Assembly: GCA_027493625.1 (NCBI GenBank)
Contig: JAOSKM010000001.1
Span: 1,812,657-1,876,656 of the forward strand
Source of the DNA: Planctomycetota bacterium
Lineage (GTDB): Bacteria; Planctomycetota; UBA8742; UBA2392
Direction of reading: 5' to 3'
Length of the DNA stretch: 64,000 bases
Shown here: piece by piece, positions 40,230 through 49,382 of the stretch
Position numbering within the stretch: position 1 is the first letter of the stretch
How the letters are laid out: each line of letters starts with the position of its first letter
Position numbers and translations under genes: made by a program
Notes under the pieces: model-generated
What the model saw: the letters and a program-made list of their open reading frames with translations, nothing else
What the model was told of the DNA's origin: nothing
Database searches by the model: none

Positions 40230-40863
40230 GCCTGCGGAGCAGGCCAACAACCGTTAGCCCCCGGCGTAAGCCGGGGGTATCGGAGCACCAAAGATTCCAG
40301 AGCCGCGGAGCGGCGACACAACTCATTCGCCAATGAACTCCGGGTCACCAATGAAGTCATACTTCTCCAGCAACCGCCGCAACTCTTCCTGCAAGGAAAC
40401 CGTAGCGTGGTGCTCCTGCTGGTTCTTGATGTAGTCCACGACCATGCCGACATGGCTCTGGCTGATGGAGAAGCCGCCATAGCCTCGCTGCCAGCCGAAT
40501 TTCGATGTTCGCAACTCTTCGTTCATGTGGCGGGACGAGTTCGCCTTCAGCTTGTTGACCACGTCCGCCAGCGCCAGCGTGGCGGGTAAATCAATCAGCA
40601 GGTGTGTGTGGTCGGAGACGCTGTTCAGGCGATGCAGGTAGACGTTCAGGTTCTTGAGCACGCCGACCATGTAACCTTCGAGCTTGGGTTTGAGGTCCGG
40701 CGTGATGATTGCGGTGCGGTCTTTGGTCGCGAACACAAGGTGCACCAGCAGCCGGGTGTAGGTATGCGCCATTTGTGTCGCCGCTCCGCGGCTCGGGTGA
40801 ACGGGCGGCATGATACCCCCAGCTTACGCTGGGGGCTAACGGTTGTTGGCCTGCTCCGCAGGC
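40230..40863 (-). mobile_element. RAYT unit: Y1 transposase gene bracketed by nested inverted repeats
   Basis: The outer 52-bp IR is 40230-40281 / 40812-40863 (50/52, the two differences are compensatory in a hairpin). The inner perfect 20-bp IR is 40302-40321 / 40773-40792. Confidence 0.8.
40323..40772 (-). CDS. IS200/IS605-family Y1 (HUH) transposase homolog, REP-associated (RAYT-like)
   Basis: MAHTYTRLLVHLVFATKDR...SDHTHLLI (HUH-type) ...FGWQRGYGGFSIS (Tyr region) ...QQEHH. The start is at 40772 inside ORF 40323-40811. Confidence 0.85.
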   Translation of the reverse strand: MAHTYTRLLVHLVFATKDRTAIITPDLKPKLEGYMVGVLKNLNVYLHRLNSVSDHTHLLIDLPATLALADVVNKLKANSSRHMNEELRTSKFGWQRGYGGFSISQSHVGMVVDYIKNQQEHHATVSLQEELRRLLEKYDFIGDPEFIGE

Positions 40864-40989
40864 GGGATACTCGATGAGTCGTCGCAAAGCCGGGGAGGTC
40901 GGGATGGCTGCGACCTGAGCGGACGGGTAGGTTGCGGACTCCGCGGCCGGGACGTTTGCGATCTTCGCAAACGCCAGCGATACGAGACG

Positions 40990-41020
40990 GCCGCGCGCTG
41001 GCGCTTGCGGCTCCTGTTCC
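40990..41020. repeat. 31-nt dispersed repeat core (copy 2 of 2)
   Basis: ggccgcgcgctGgcgcttgcggctcctgttcc. It is followed by a degenerate 7-nt periodic tract. See 6373-6403. Confidence 0.85.
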
Positions 41021-41039
41021 GTTTACGCCGTCTGTTTGC

Positions 41040-42104
41040 TTAGCGCCTTGAGGCGTTCTTCTTTTTTTCCCACTGGCGGCAGGCATCCACCAGCTCGTCG
41101 ATGTCGCCGGCCATCACCTTGGTCAGCGGCAGGCTTACCTTGGCGCGGTGGTCTGTGCAGCGGTCCTGCGGGAAGTTGTATGTGCGCACCTTGTCGCCGC
41201 GGCCGCCGCTGCCGACCATGTTGCCGCGCATCTCGGCCATGGCGCGGTCGCGCTTTTCCTTCTCGAGGCGGTACAGCTTGCTCTTCATGATGCGCAGGGC
41301 CTCGTCGCGGTTCTTGTGGAAGCTGGGCGTGCTCTGGCAGTCCACGAACAGGCCGGTGGGCAGGTGCCGCATCTGGCAGCGCGAGTTGGTCTTGTTCACG
41401 TTCTGGCCGCCGGGGCCGCCGGAGCGCGCGGCCTTGATCTCGAGGTCGCTTTCCTTGATCTCGATCTCGACGTCTTCCATTTCCGGCAGCACGGCCACGG
41501 TTGCCAGGCTGGTGTGAATGCGCCCGGCGCCTTCCGTGCTGGGCACGCGCTGCACGCGGTGGCCGCCGCCCTCGTACTTGAACCAGCGCCACACGCCCTC
41601 GCCCTTGATGCGGTAGGTGCCGTTCTTCAGGCCGCCGACTTCGGACTCGACTTCGTCCAGCATCTCGAGCTTGAACTTGTGGTGGGCGCACCAGCGGGCG
41701 TAGTTTTCCATCAGTTCGCGGGCGAACAGGGTGGCCTCGTCGCCGCCTTCGGCGCCGCGGATTTCCAGGATGACGTCGCGGCTGTCGTCTTCGTCATCCA
41801 GCAGGATCAGGTCCTGGGCCTCGGTCAGCTGGCGGTCGTGGGTGGCCTTCAGTTCCTCGAGCTCGACCTCGGCCAGCTCCTTCATCTCGGAATCGGCGGC
41901 CGGGTCTTTCAGGATTTCCTCGCTGCCGGCGATCTGCTGCTTCAGCGCGACCAGCTGGCGGTAGGCCTCGGCCTGTTCGCGCAGTGATCCGCGCTCGCGC
42001 TGGTATTGCGCGAACAGCTTGCTGTTCGAGTAGACCTCGGGGTCCTCGATCAGCTTGCCGAGCTCGTCGTAGCGCTCGGCCCGTTTTTTCAGCAGTTCGA
42101 TCAT
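41040..42104 (-). CDS. prfA: peptide chain release factor 1
   Basis: The RF1-type tripeptide is in RVQRVPSTEGAGRIHTS, and the GGQ motif is SGGPGGQNVNK. The frame is uninterrupted. Confidence 0.9.
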   Translation of the reverse strand: MIELLKKRAERYDELGKLIEDPEVYSNSKLFAQYQRERGSLREQAEAYRQLVALKQQIAGSEEILKDPAADSEMKELAEVELEELKATHDRQLTEAQDLILLDDEDDSRDVILEIRGAEGGDEATLFARELMENYARWCAHHKFKLEMLDEVESEVGGLKNGTYRIKGEGVWRWFKYEGGGHRVQRVPSTEGAGRIHTSLATVAVLPEMEDVEIEIKESDLEIKAARSGGPGGQNVNKTNSRCQMRHLPTGLFVDCQSTPSFHKNRDEALRIMKSKLYRLEKEKRDRAMAEMRGNMVGSGGRGDKVRTYNFPQDRCTDHRAKVSLPLTKVMAGDIDELVDACRQWEKKKNASRR

Positions 42105-42120
42105 GGCGATACCAGTTTAC

Positions 42121-42192
42121 CAGAGGTCAGAGCTCAGAGGTCGGAGGAAGCAAGTGTCGTGGGGCCGAATCCCTGACCTCTGACCTCTGAAC
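42121..42192. terminator. hairpin built from CAGAGGT-type heptamers between rpmE and prfA
   Basis: cagaggtcagagctcagaggtcgg ... ccctgacctctgacctctgaac. Confidence 0.55.
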
Positions 42193-42256
42193 TCCGGCCC
42201 CTGAATACGAACCGGCGCAGGGCATTCGCCCCACGCCGGTGAACGATTCCGCGTTG

Positions 42257-42613
42257 CTAATCGCGCTTGGCGCCCTTGCCCTCGAGCTCGGGGATTACCT
42301 TCTTCTTGCCGAACACCTTCTTCTTTTCCAGCTCGGTCTTGAGGTCCTTCTGGAGGCGCTTGGTGGCCTTGGGCGCCGTCTTCTTCATCTTGGCCTGTTC
42401 GGCGGCCTGGTCCTTGTTCCACTGGAAGCGCTTGGTGAAGGCGTCCACGCGGCCGGCGCTGTCCACGAACTTCTGGGTGCCGGTGTAGAAGGGGTGGCAG
42501 GCGCTGCAGATGTCGATGCTCAGCGTCTTGTGGCGCGACATGACCTGGAAGGTGTTGCCGCAGGTGCAACGGACGTCCGTCAGGTGCACGTCGGGATGGA
42601 TACCAGCTTTCAT
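42257..42613 (-). CDS. rpmE: 50S ribosomal protein L31 with ~45-aa Lys-rich C-terminal extension
   Basis: MKAGIHPDV...CTCG...CSACHPFYTG core (Zn type), then KDQAAEQAKMKKTAPKATKRLQKDLKTELEKKKVFGKKK... Confidence 0.85.
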   Translation of the reverse strand: MKAGIHPDVHLTDVRCTCGNTFQVMSRHKTLSIDICSACHPFYTGTQKFVDSAGRVDAFTKRFQWNKDQAAEQAKMKKTAPKATKRLQKDLKTELEKKKVFGKKKVIPELEGKGAKRD

Positions 42614-42981
42614 CGTCTTCTCCGTTCCGCCTTCGCCAAGGCTTCCCCCGCCGCCAAGGCTGAGAGGGACGAGCCGGCGGACAGGTCCGCCTGCGAGGGC
42701 CTACTTACGCGACGGGTCCGGGAGCCTTTCTCCGGGGTGCCCGCCACCGATCAACTACCTGCGCGTCAGCCGCGGCAGGGGCGGGAATGATAGCGAGGGC
42801 TATCCCGCGCGCAAGGGCCGGAATTACCGAACCGGGAGCGCTTCAAGTGCGTATCATCCCTGTGGGAAAAGCTTTCCACACTCGACTTTTTCTCTCAAGC
42901 TGTATTGATTGCCGGCCGTTAACGAGTCGATAAACTGTCCGCTGCATCAATGACGTAGTGCAACCTGCTCGGGGGAGTTGC

Positions 42982-45900
42982 ATGAAAGGTCGGTCCGGAA
43001 CGCTGATCACGGTCCTGGGCGCGCTGATCCTGCTGGGTTTGGTCGCCGGTTACTTCCTTGTTATTGCGCCTGCTGATGAAACGCAGCCGGTGGTCAGGCC
43101 CGGCGTTGCCAACGCCTGCGCGGGCGACATCTTCGATCCCGCTGCATCCGAAGACTCAGGCAAGTCCAGGCCCGGAAAACGCGACCCCCTCAGCGCCGGT
43201 CTGAACCCCGGCGGCGGCAGGAACGATCCCGCCAACCCCGGCAAAGAGGGCGACCCCGCGGCCGCCACGGACCCGCAGTCGGTCGAAAAGGTCAACGAGA
43301 CAGCGCCCGTGGTTGACCCCGAAGAGGTCAACGCCCCCGTCCCCGGCCACCTGCTGGTACGCATCGTGGACAAGGAAGACGAGCGCCCCCTCACCGGCGC
43401 CTCGGTCTGCTTCCCGATCCGCGGAACGAAGCTGGAAACCGAAAGCGGCGACGTGAAACTGGGTTCCGTTATCGCCGGCCTGGCCAGGCGCGCCAACCGC
43501 CACGGCTGCGTGATCTGGAACGCCAAAGAGCTGGCCAGGCTCAGCGCCGAGCAGGCCGAGCAGGACGCCGAGGCCGGCAAGCAGCCCACCAGCCTGCTCG
43601 CCACCTGCCTGGGCTACGCCGACCTGTTTGAGCCCCTGGCGATTCCCGACCTCAAGAAGGGCGCCGAGGTGACGTTCAAGCTGTACCCGGCCGTGCGGGT
43701 GACCGGCAAGGTGCGCGAGAAGCGGGGCGGCGCGGTGCAGTTCGCGAGCGTGGAGATTCTGCAGACCACCGGCCAGGGCGACGCCAAGAAGCCGGCCAAC
43801 AAGTTCAGCATCCAGGCGGACGCGCTGGGCGAGTTCACGGTCAAGCTGGCCGACAGCTACGTCTACACCTTCCACGTGAAGATGTCCGGTTACGCCGAGT
43901 ACACCTCGCGCGAGTTCAACTTCCGGGAAGACGCCCGCGAAGTCAGCCTGCTGCTTGAGCCCGCGCGCGGCATCAGCGGCGTGGTGGTCGGCGCCGGCGG
44001 CAAGCCGGTCAAGGACGCCGAGGTGCTGGCGCGCGATGACGGCGACAAGTGCTACACCGACGCCAAGGGCAAGTTCGCCTTCGACATGGTGGCCGACCGC
44101 ATCTTCCGCAACGACGTCAACCTGCGCGTCTCGGCCGAGGGCTACGCCCCCCAGAACGTGAAGGTGCTGGCCAACGACCACAACGTACGGGTCGAGCTCG
44201 AGAAGGAAGGCAGCCTGCACGGCGTGGTGCTGAGCGAGAAGAACGAGCCGATCCAGGGCGCCGTCGTGGAATGCCTGTACTACGAGGGCGAGGCGCGCTA
44301 CCCCTACGACGCGGTGCTGAGCGACGCCAAGGGCAAGTTCAGGTTCGGCAACTTCGCCGAGGGCAAGGTGATGATCACCGCCACCCACGGCGAGCTCTAC
44401 AGCGAAAGCAAGATCACCGAGGTGCAGCCCAAGAAGAACCTGGGCCCCATCAAGCTGGTGCTGACCACCGGCGCCACCGTCAGCGGCGTGGTCAGCTGCA
44501 ACGGCGTCGGCATCAAGGGCGTCACCATCGCGCTGGACGGCAAGGCTGCCGGCTCGACCAACGCGGACGGCGCCTTCACGCTCAAGGGCGTGCGTCCGGG
44601 CAAGCACAAGCTCAAGATCCTGAACCAGTTCCCGATTGCCGATGAGCACGTGCGGCAGTTCCCCGTGTTCACCACGGACGGCAAAGCCTACTACTACCTG
44701 CCCGCCGAGCAGGCAGTCGAGTTGAAGTACGCCGACACCGAAACGGTGAACTTCGAGGTGCAGTCATTCGAGGCCAAGGTGGACCGCAAGATCACCGTGC
44801 AGGTCCGCACCCGGCCCAGCGAGCCCGCCACGGGCGTGCAGGTCACCATCAAGCCCGTGTTCGGCACGCCCCCCGAGGGCGTGGAAGCGCCCAAGACCTG
44901 GGTCACCGCGCTCGATCTGCCGGATGGCCAGGCCGACATGCCGCTCAACCTGCTCAACGGCGTGAGCTACGAGGCTACCTTCGTGCACAACCGCTTCTTC
45001 ACCGCCAGGCTGACGGCCGACTCGCTGGCCGGCGTGCAGGACGGCGGCGTGATCGAGCTGGTGCTGGAGCGCGCCTTCATCATCAAGGGCTACGTCAAGG
45101 ATTCGCAGGGCGCGGGCCTGGAGGGCGTGGGCCTCAGCAAGGACAAGAACAACCCCTGGGACATGCAGGCCACCACCGACATCTACGGCTACTTCGAGTT
45201 CGGGCAGCTCAAGGCCGGCGAGTACACCATCACGGCGTTCAAGACCAGCTACTACCAGGAACAGCGGGTGGTGAAGGTCGAGGCCAGCGATCCTGAGCCG
45301 CTGCAGATCACGATGGTGAACGCCAACGAGATCCGCATCATCGTCGCCAACAACGGCACGCCGCAGCCGGGCGCCCACGTGCACATTTTCCGCAATGACG
45401 CCGAAGGCGACAACCCCGACGACTACAAGCGCCACTTCGACATCGGCACCACCGACGCAAAGGGCGAGAAGTACATCAACTTCCACTGGGTGCGGAACTA
45501 CCAGATCGTCGCCTACTACGGCAACGAGGTCGCCTTCGTCAACTTCAACAACCTGCGCGAAATGCCCGAGCGCGAGTTCACCATCGAACTCGAGCAGGCC
45601 TACGACCTCACCGGCCGCCTGGTCGACAAAGACACCGGCCGGCCCGTCGGCCCGGCCATCGTGCGCGCGCACATCGCCAGCACCGGCGTGGACGGCCGCG
45701 ACGGCAACTTCTTCCAGCTCGAGACGGACAGCGCCGGCAACTTCGCCTTCAAGGTGCCGGCCGGCGACTACTGGTTCTATGTGCCGCGCACCAACTCGCA
45801 CCAGAGCTTCCACACCGAGGGCAGCACGGTGCCCGCGGGCAGCACCAACCTGGTGCTGGAGGTGCCCCTGCGCGAAGACATCGAGGGCAATTACGCCCAG

Positions 45901-46251
45901 GTGCTGAGCATCAGCGCGCCCGCCACCATGACGGCCGGGCAGGACTACGTGGTCGAGGTGACGGTCAAGAACATGGGCAGCACCACCTGGACCAGCGCCG
46001 GCAACAAGCCCTGGCGGCTGGGCAGCCAGGCCCCGCAGGACAACAAGACCTGGGGCATGAGCCGCGTGCCCATCCCGCAGGGCCAGGAAGTAAGGCCGCG
46101 GGACACCTTCGTGTTCAGCTTCACGGTGAAGGCGCCCGCCAACGCCGGCCAGTACGACATGCAGTGGCGCATGGTACAGGACGGCAAGGAGTGGTTCGGC
46201 CAGTTCAGCGAAAAGCTGCGCATCACGGTCGAGGCCCCGTCAGGCGGATAG
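42982..46251 (+). CDS. giant membrane-anchored protein with multiple carboxypeptidase-regulatory-like (CarboxypepD_reg) domains and C-terminal NBR1-like Ig domain
   Basis: GGGGGAG lies 4 nt upstream of ATG 42982. There is an N-terminal TM helix. The G-V-V/L-x-G-x-P-hydrophobic-x-G-A beta-sandwich units repeat. The C-terminus reads VKNMGSTTWT...QYDMQWRMVQDGKEWFG. Confidence 0.65.
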   Translation: MKGRSGTLITVLGALILLGLVAGYFLVIAPADETQPVVRPGVANACAGDIFDPAASEDSGKSRPGKRDPLSAGLNPGGGRNDPANPGKEGDPAAATDPQSVEKVNETAPVVDPEEVNAPVPGHLLVRIVDKEDERPLTGASVCFPIRGTKLETESGDVKLGSVIAGLARRANRHGCVIWNAKELARLSAEQAEQDAEAGKQPTSLLATCLGYADLFEPLAIPDLKKGAEVTFKLYPAVRVTGKVREKRGGAVQFASVEILQTTGQGDAKKPANKFSIQADALGEFTVKLADSYVYTFHVKMSGYAEYTSREFNFREDAREVSLLLEPARGISGVVVGAGGKPVKDAEVLARDDGDKCYTDAKGKFAFDMVADRIFRNDVNLRVSAEGYAPQNVKVLANDHNVRVELEKEGSLHGVVLSEKNEPIQGAVVECLYYEGEARYPYDAVLSDAKGKFRFGNFAEGKVMITATHGELYSESKITEVQPKKNLGPIKLVLTTGATVSGVVSCNGVGIKGVTIALDGKAAGSTNADGAFTLKGVRPGKHKLKILNQFPIADEHVRQFPVFTTDGKAYYYLPAEQAVELKYADTETVNFEVQSFEAKVDRKITVQVRTRPSEPATGVQVTIKPVFGTPPEGVEAPKTWVTALDLPDGQADMPLNLLNGVSYEATFVHNRFFTARLTADSLAGVQDGGVIELVLERAFIIKGYVKDSQGAGLEGVGLSKDKNNPWDMQATTDIYGYFEFGQLKAGEYTITAFKTSYYQEQRVVKVEASDPEPLQITMVNANEIRIIVANNGTPQPGAHVHIFRNDAEGDNPDDYKRHFDIGTTDAKGEKYINFHWVRNYQIVAYYGNEVAFVNFNNLREMPEREFTIELEQAYDLTGRLVDKDTGRPVGPAIVRAHIASTGVDGRDGNFFQLETDSAGNFAFKVPAGDYWFYVPRTNSHQSFHTEGSTVPAGSTNLVLEVPLREDIEGNYAQVLSISAPATMTAGQDYVVEVTVKNMGSTTWTSAGNKPWRLGSQAPQDNKTWGMSRVPIPQGQEVRPRDTFVFSFTVKAPANAGQYDMQWRMVQDGKEWFGQFSEKLRITVEAPSGG

Positions 46252-46276
46252 GCGCGACCCTGGGGAAGTAAAAGGA

Positions 46277-46353
46277 GGGACAGGCACCTCGGTGCCTGTC
46301 CCTCTTCACTTTGCGCGCCCGTGCCGTGCACACAAGGGGGACAGGCGCGTTCC
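46277..46353. repeat. REP family A: one full hairpin plus a half copy
   Basis: gggacaggcac-ctcg-gtgcctgtccc at 46277-46302. gggggacaggcgcg at 46336-46353. Confidence 0.85.
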
Positions 46354-46376
46354 TTACCTTCCCCGGTCGGGGGCGT

Positions 46377-47687
46377 CTATTCGTGCTTTTCGAACTTCTG
46401 GATGTCCTCGGGCTTGAGGTACTGGCGCACGTCCTTGATCAGCATGTCCGGCGCCAGCCAGTTCACGCCCTGCACCTCCGCGAGCGCGGGCGGCACGTAG
46501 GTACAGTAGGGCTCGCTGGCCAGGTAGTCGCCGGTCACCGCGAACGCCCGTGAGCGCGCGCCGCCGCACACATCGCGGTAGTCGCAGGCCCAGCACTTGC
46601 CCTTGAGCCGCGAAAAGTCGCGCATCGCCTTCAGGTGCGGGTTGTTGCGGTAGATCTCGACGATCGACTTCTCCTTCACGTTGCCGCACTTCAGCGGCAG
46701 AAAGCCGCTGGGGTACACCTCGCCCACGTGGTCAATGAAGATGAAACCGTTGCCGTCGTTCACGCCGCGGCCGGCACGCCCGATCGCGTCGCCGCGCGAC
46801 CAGCCGCCCGGCTTCATGTCGCGCAGCACCCAGGCGGGCGGGCCATCGGACTTGCGATCCTCGGGGCTGCCCTCACCGCTGCGGGGGCGCAGGTACTTGC
46901 CGCTGTCGTTGCTGCGCCCTTCGCTGCGCTGGTGCTGCAGCACCACGCGCCGGTAGTGGGGTGCTGCCGTGGTCTTGAGGTCGAAGTCGGCCTTCTTGGC
47001 CGTCTCGTACAGCTTGTTGAGCGCCTGCTCGTATTGCTCGGGGCTGATTTCGTCGGTCTCTTCGCCGCGGCCGGTGGGCACCAGGAAGAACGCGGCCCAC
47101 AGCGTGAGGCCCAGCTGCTGCATCAACTCGCACAGGTTGTCGATGTCGTTCATGTTCCAGCGCGAGATGGTGGTGTTGATCTGGACGGTCAGGCCCTCGG
47201 CCTGCGCGTCCTTGATCGCGCGGATGGTGTGGTCGTAGCTGCCGGGCTGGCGCCGGAAGTTGTCGTGGATCTCGGCTGTTGACCCGTCAAGGCTGATGGC
47301 CATGCGCGTCAGCCCGTTCTGCTTCATCTCGTGGATGGCCTCGCGCGTGAGCAGGCCGGTGGCGCTGGGCGTGACGGCCACGCGCAAGCCGATGGAGTCG
47401 GCGTACTTGATGTACTCCATGGTGTAGGGCGATTTTAAAGGATCGCCGCCGGTCAGCACGAACAGCGGCGGCGCTGTTTCGCTGAAGGCGCGCAACTCGT
47501 CGATCAGTTTAAATCCCTGCTCCTTGGTGAGCTCGCGCTCGTCGCGGTTGGGGATGGCCTCGGCGCGGCAGTGCACGCAGCGCAGGTCGCAGGCGCGGGT
47601 GACCTCCCAGATCGCGATGAACGGCGCCTTCTCGAAGTCGATGTCGAAGAAGTTGGGCTTGCTGCGGTGTTCTACGGATTTCGCCAT
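46377..47687 (-). CDS. radical SAM/SPASM domain protein
   Basis: GGAGG lies 5 nt upstream of ATG 47687. The CDLRCVHC (CxxxCxxC) cluster is present. The C-terminal Cys-rich SPASM-like region reads CGNV...CWACDYRDVCGG...CTY. Confidence 0.75.
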   Translation of the reverse strand: MAKSVEHRSKPNFFDIDFEKAPFIAIWEVTRACDLRCVHCRAEAIPNRDERELTKEQGFKLIDELRAFSETAPPLFVLTGGDPLKSPYTMEYIKYADSIGLRVAVTPSATGLLTREAIHEMKQNGLTRMAISLDGSTAEIHDNFRRQPGSYDHTIRAIKDAQAEGLTVQINTTISRWNMNDIDNLCELMQQLGLTLWAAFFLVPTGRGEETDEISPEQYEQALNKLYETAKKADFDLKTTAAPHYRRVVLQHQRSEGRSNDSGKYLRPRSGEGSPEDRKSDGPPAWVLRDMKPGGWSRGDAIGRAGRGVNDGNGFIFIDHVGEVYPSGFLPLKCGNVKEKSIVEIYRNNPHLKAMRDFSRLKGKCWACDYRDVCGGARSRAFAVTGDYLASEPYCTYVPPALAEVQGVNWLAPDMLIKDVRQYLKPEDIQKFEKHE

Positions 47688-47769
47688 CACGGCCTCCAAC
47701 CCCGCATGATAACGCCCTGATGCAATGCCGCCATGGCGGTGCAGGCTGTGGAAAAGCGGCCGTCAACCT

Positions 47770-47868
47770 GGGACGGGCACGGAATGTGCCTGCCCCTGTC
47801 CATGGCTGCTGTGGGGCGTGCCATGGGTGTGCACAGTAAAGAGGGACGGGCACCAAGGTGCCCGTCCC
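47770..47868. repeat. REP family A: degenerate copy plus perfect GGGACGGGCAC-CAAG-GTGCCCGTCCC
   Basis: Copies at 47770-47796 and 47843-47868. Confidence 0.8.
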
Positions 47869-47879
47869 TGTGCGCGGCT

Positions 47880-49082
47880 TTACCTTCTTCCGCCGCCGCC
47901 GCCGCCGCCGCCCCTGCCGCCGCCGCCGCCTCCGCCGCCGCCGCCCCTGCCGCCGCCGCCGCCTTGCCCTCTACCTTGTCCCCGCCCTTGTCCTCCGGCC
48001 TTTCCTTGCCCCCTGCCCTGCCCGGGACCGCCGTTGCGGGCCTGGTTCCGACCGCGCACCCTGGCCCGGTTGCGTGCGGGGTTGGGTCCGCCCGGCCCTG
48101 CGCGGCCGTCATCGGCGTCGTCCTCGGGGTCATCCTTGGGCGGCCTGGTGGTCTTGTCGGGCGGCAGTATCGGCGGGTCGTCGTTCGGTTTCTCGACAAT
48201 CGGCGGCGGCGGCGGTACTTCGGACTTCTTCTCGACCGGCGTCTCCACCTTCACCTCTTTCGGCTTCTCAGGCCGCGCCTCGACTGCAGCCTCGGTTTTC
48301 TTTTCAGCCCGCGGCGTGCTCTCCGGTTCCGGTTCCGGTTCGGGCTGCTGCACGGCCTCGGTTTTCCTTTCGGCCCGCGGCGTGCTCTCCGCTTCCGGTT
48401 CGGGCTGCTGCGCGGCCTCGGTCTGCCCGCGCCCGCCTCTCCAGCGCAACGCGCGTCCGAGGCCCATGCCCAGCCCCGGCCCCTGGCCCATTCCCGGGCC
48501 GCCGGCATTGGTCGCCGGCTGCTCCACCACGCCGCTCTCCGCCTTGCCCTCCAGGCTGCGGATGTAGGCCACCAGGTGGCCGATCTGCTCTTCACCCAAC
48601 GCCTTGCCGTAGGCCGGCATGGCAGACTGGAAGGGTGCAAACCCGCCGCCCTCGCTGATGCGCCACCACAGATAGTCGTCGTTTACACCGGCCAGGAATG
48701 CACTGTCTGCCAGCTTGGCCGCCGCCGGGCGCAGCCCCTGCCCCATCGGCGAGCCGGCGCCCGCCGCGCCATGGCAGCCGGAACACTGGCGCGAATAGAT
48801 CGCCCTGCCCTCCGTTGCGTCACCGGGCGTCTTGCCCTTGAACCGCTCCGGCGCCTGCGGGCGATCAAGCGTCGCGGTCGCCGACGCCTTCTGCGGCGCC
48901 GGCGTGCCGGGCGGCGTGACCGCCGTGGACGTCGGCGGGGGCGCCGTCTGCGGCAGAACCGAGGCCGTGGTCTGCGGCGCAGCCTGTGACGCCGACTCGG
49001 GCTGGTCGCCGCTGCAGCCGGCAACAAGCAGCCCGGCAGCCAGCAGCAGGCCGGCCGACACAATGAGGTGCTTTACTTTCAT
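47880..49082 (-). CDS. c-type cytochrome lipoprotein with long disordered tail ending in Arg/Gly (RGG, poly-Gly) repeats
   Basis: Lipobox LLVAGC. Heme site CSGCH with the distal ...AMPAYG. The start is at 49082 inside ORF 47880-49139. Confidence 0.7.
   Translation of the reverse strand: MKVKHLIVSAGLLLAAGLLVAGCSGDQPESASQAAPQTTASVLPQTAPPPTSTAVTPPGTPAPQKASATATLDRPQAPERFKGKTPGDATEGRAIYSRQCSGCHGAAGAGSPMGQGLRPAAAKLADSAFLAGVNDDYLWWRISEGGGFAPFQSAMPAYGKALGEEQIGHLVAYIRSLEGKAESGVVEQPATNAGGPGMGQGPGLGMGLGRALRWRGGRGQTEAAQQPEPEAESTPRAERKTEAVQQPEPEPEPESTPRAEKKTEAAVEARPEKPKEVKVETPVEKKSEVPPPPPIVEKPNDDPPILPPDKTTRPPKDDPEDDADDGRAGPGGPNPARNRARVRGRNQARNGGPGQGRGQGKAGGQGRGQGRGQGGGGGRGGGGGGGGGGRGGGGGGGGRR
47890..47960. 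repeat. (CCG)n trinucleotide tract encoding poly-Gly/Arg at the cytochrome C-terminus
   Basis: cgccgccgccgccgccgccg cccct gccgccgccgcc... Confidence 0.9.
48289..48414. repeat. 66/60-nt in-frame tandem duplication within the cytochrome tail
   Basis: The units gcctcggttttc(t/c)ttt..cgggctgctgc(a/g)cg encode QQPEPE(PEPE)STPRAE(K/R)KTEA twice. Confidence 0.85.
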
Positions 49083-49382
49083 ATGCTTGCACTCCCGGCT
49101 GCCTTGCGGGATGGTCAAACCGCGTGCACCGCCGCCCACGGCAGCCGGCGAATGGGCGGATGCGCACGTGAACGCAGAACGATCGGCGGGCGGGACGACT
49201 TTTCCCGATCATCCGGAACAGCCCGAAAAAACCCCCGGCATTGCTCGATGCTGCAACCATTGAGACAGGGAGCTGCCCGCGCGCGGCGGCCGAAAACACG
49301 GTTTCCGGGACGGGCTCGGGCGGATCCGGCGTTTCGCCCTTAACCGTCCGCCGCCCGTCCCGGACTCAACGTGGAGGCCGCC

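Noticed and set aside
41040-42104. Programmed +1 frameshift of a release factor 2 gene
   Set aside because: The protein has the RF1 PST tripeptide (not SPF) and a single uninterrupted frame, so it is prfA.
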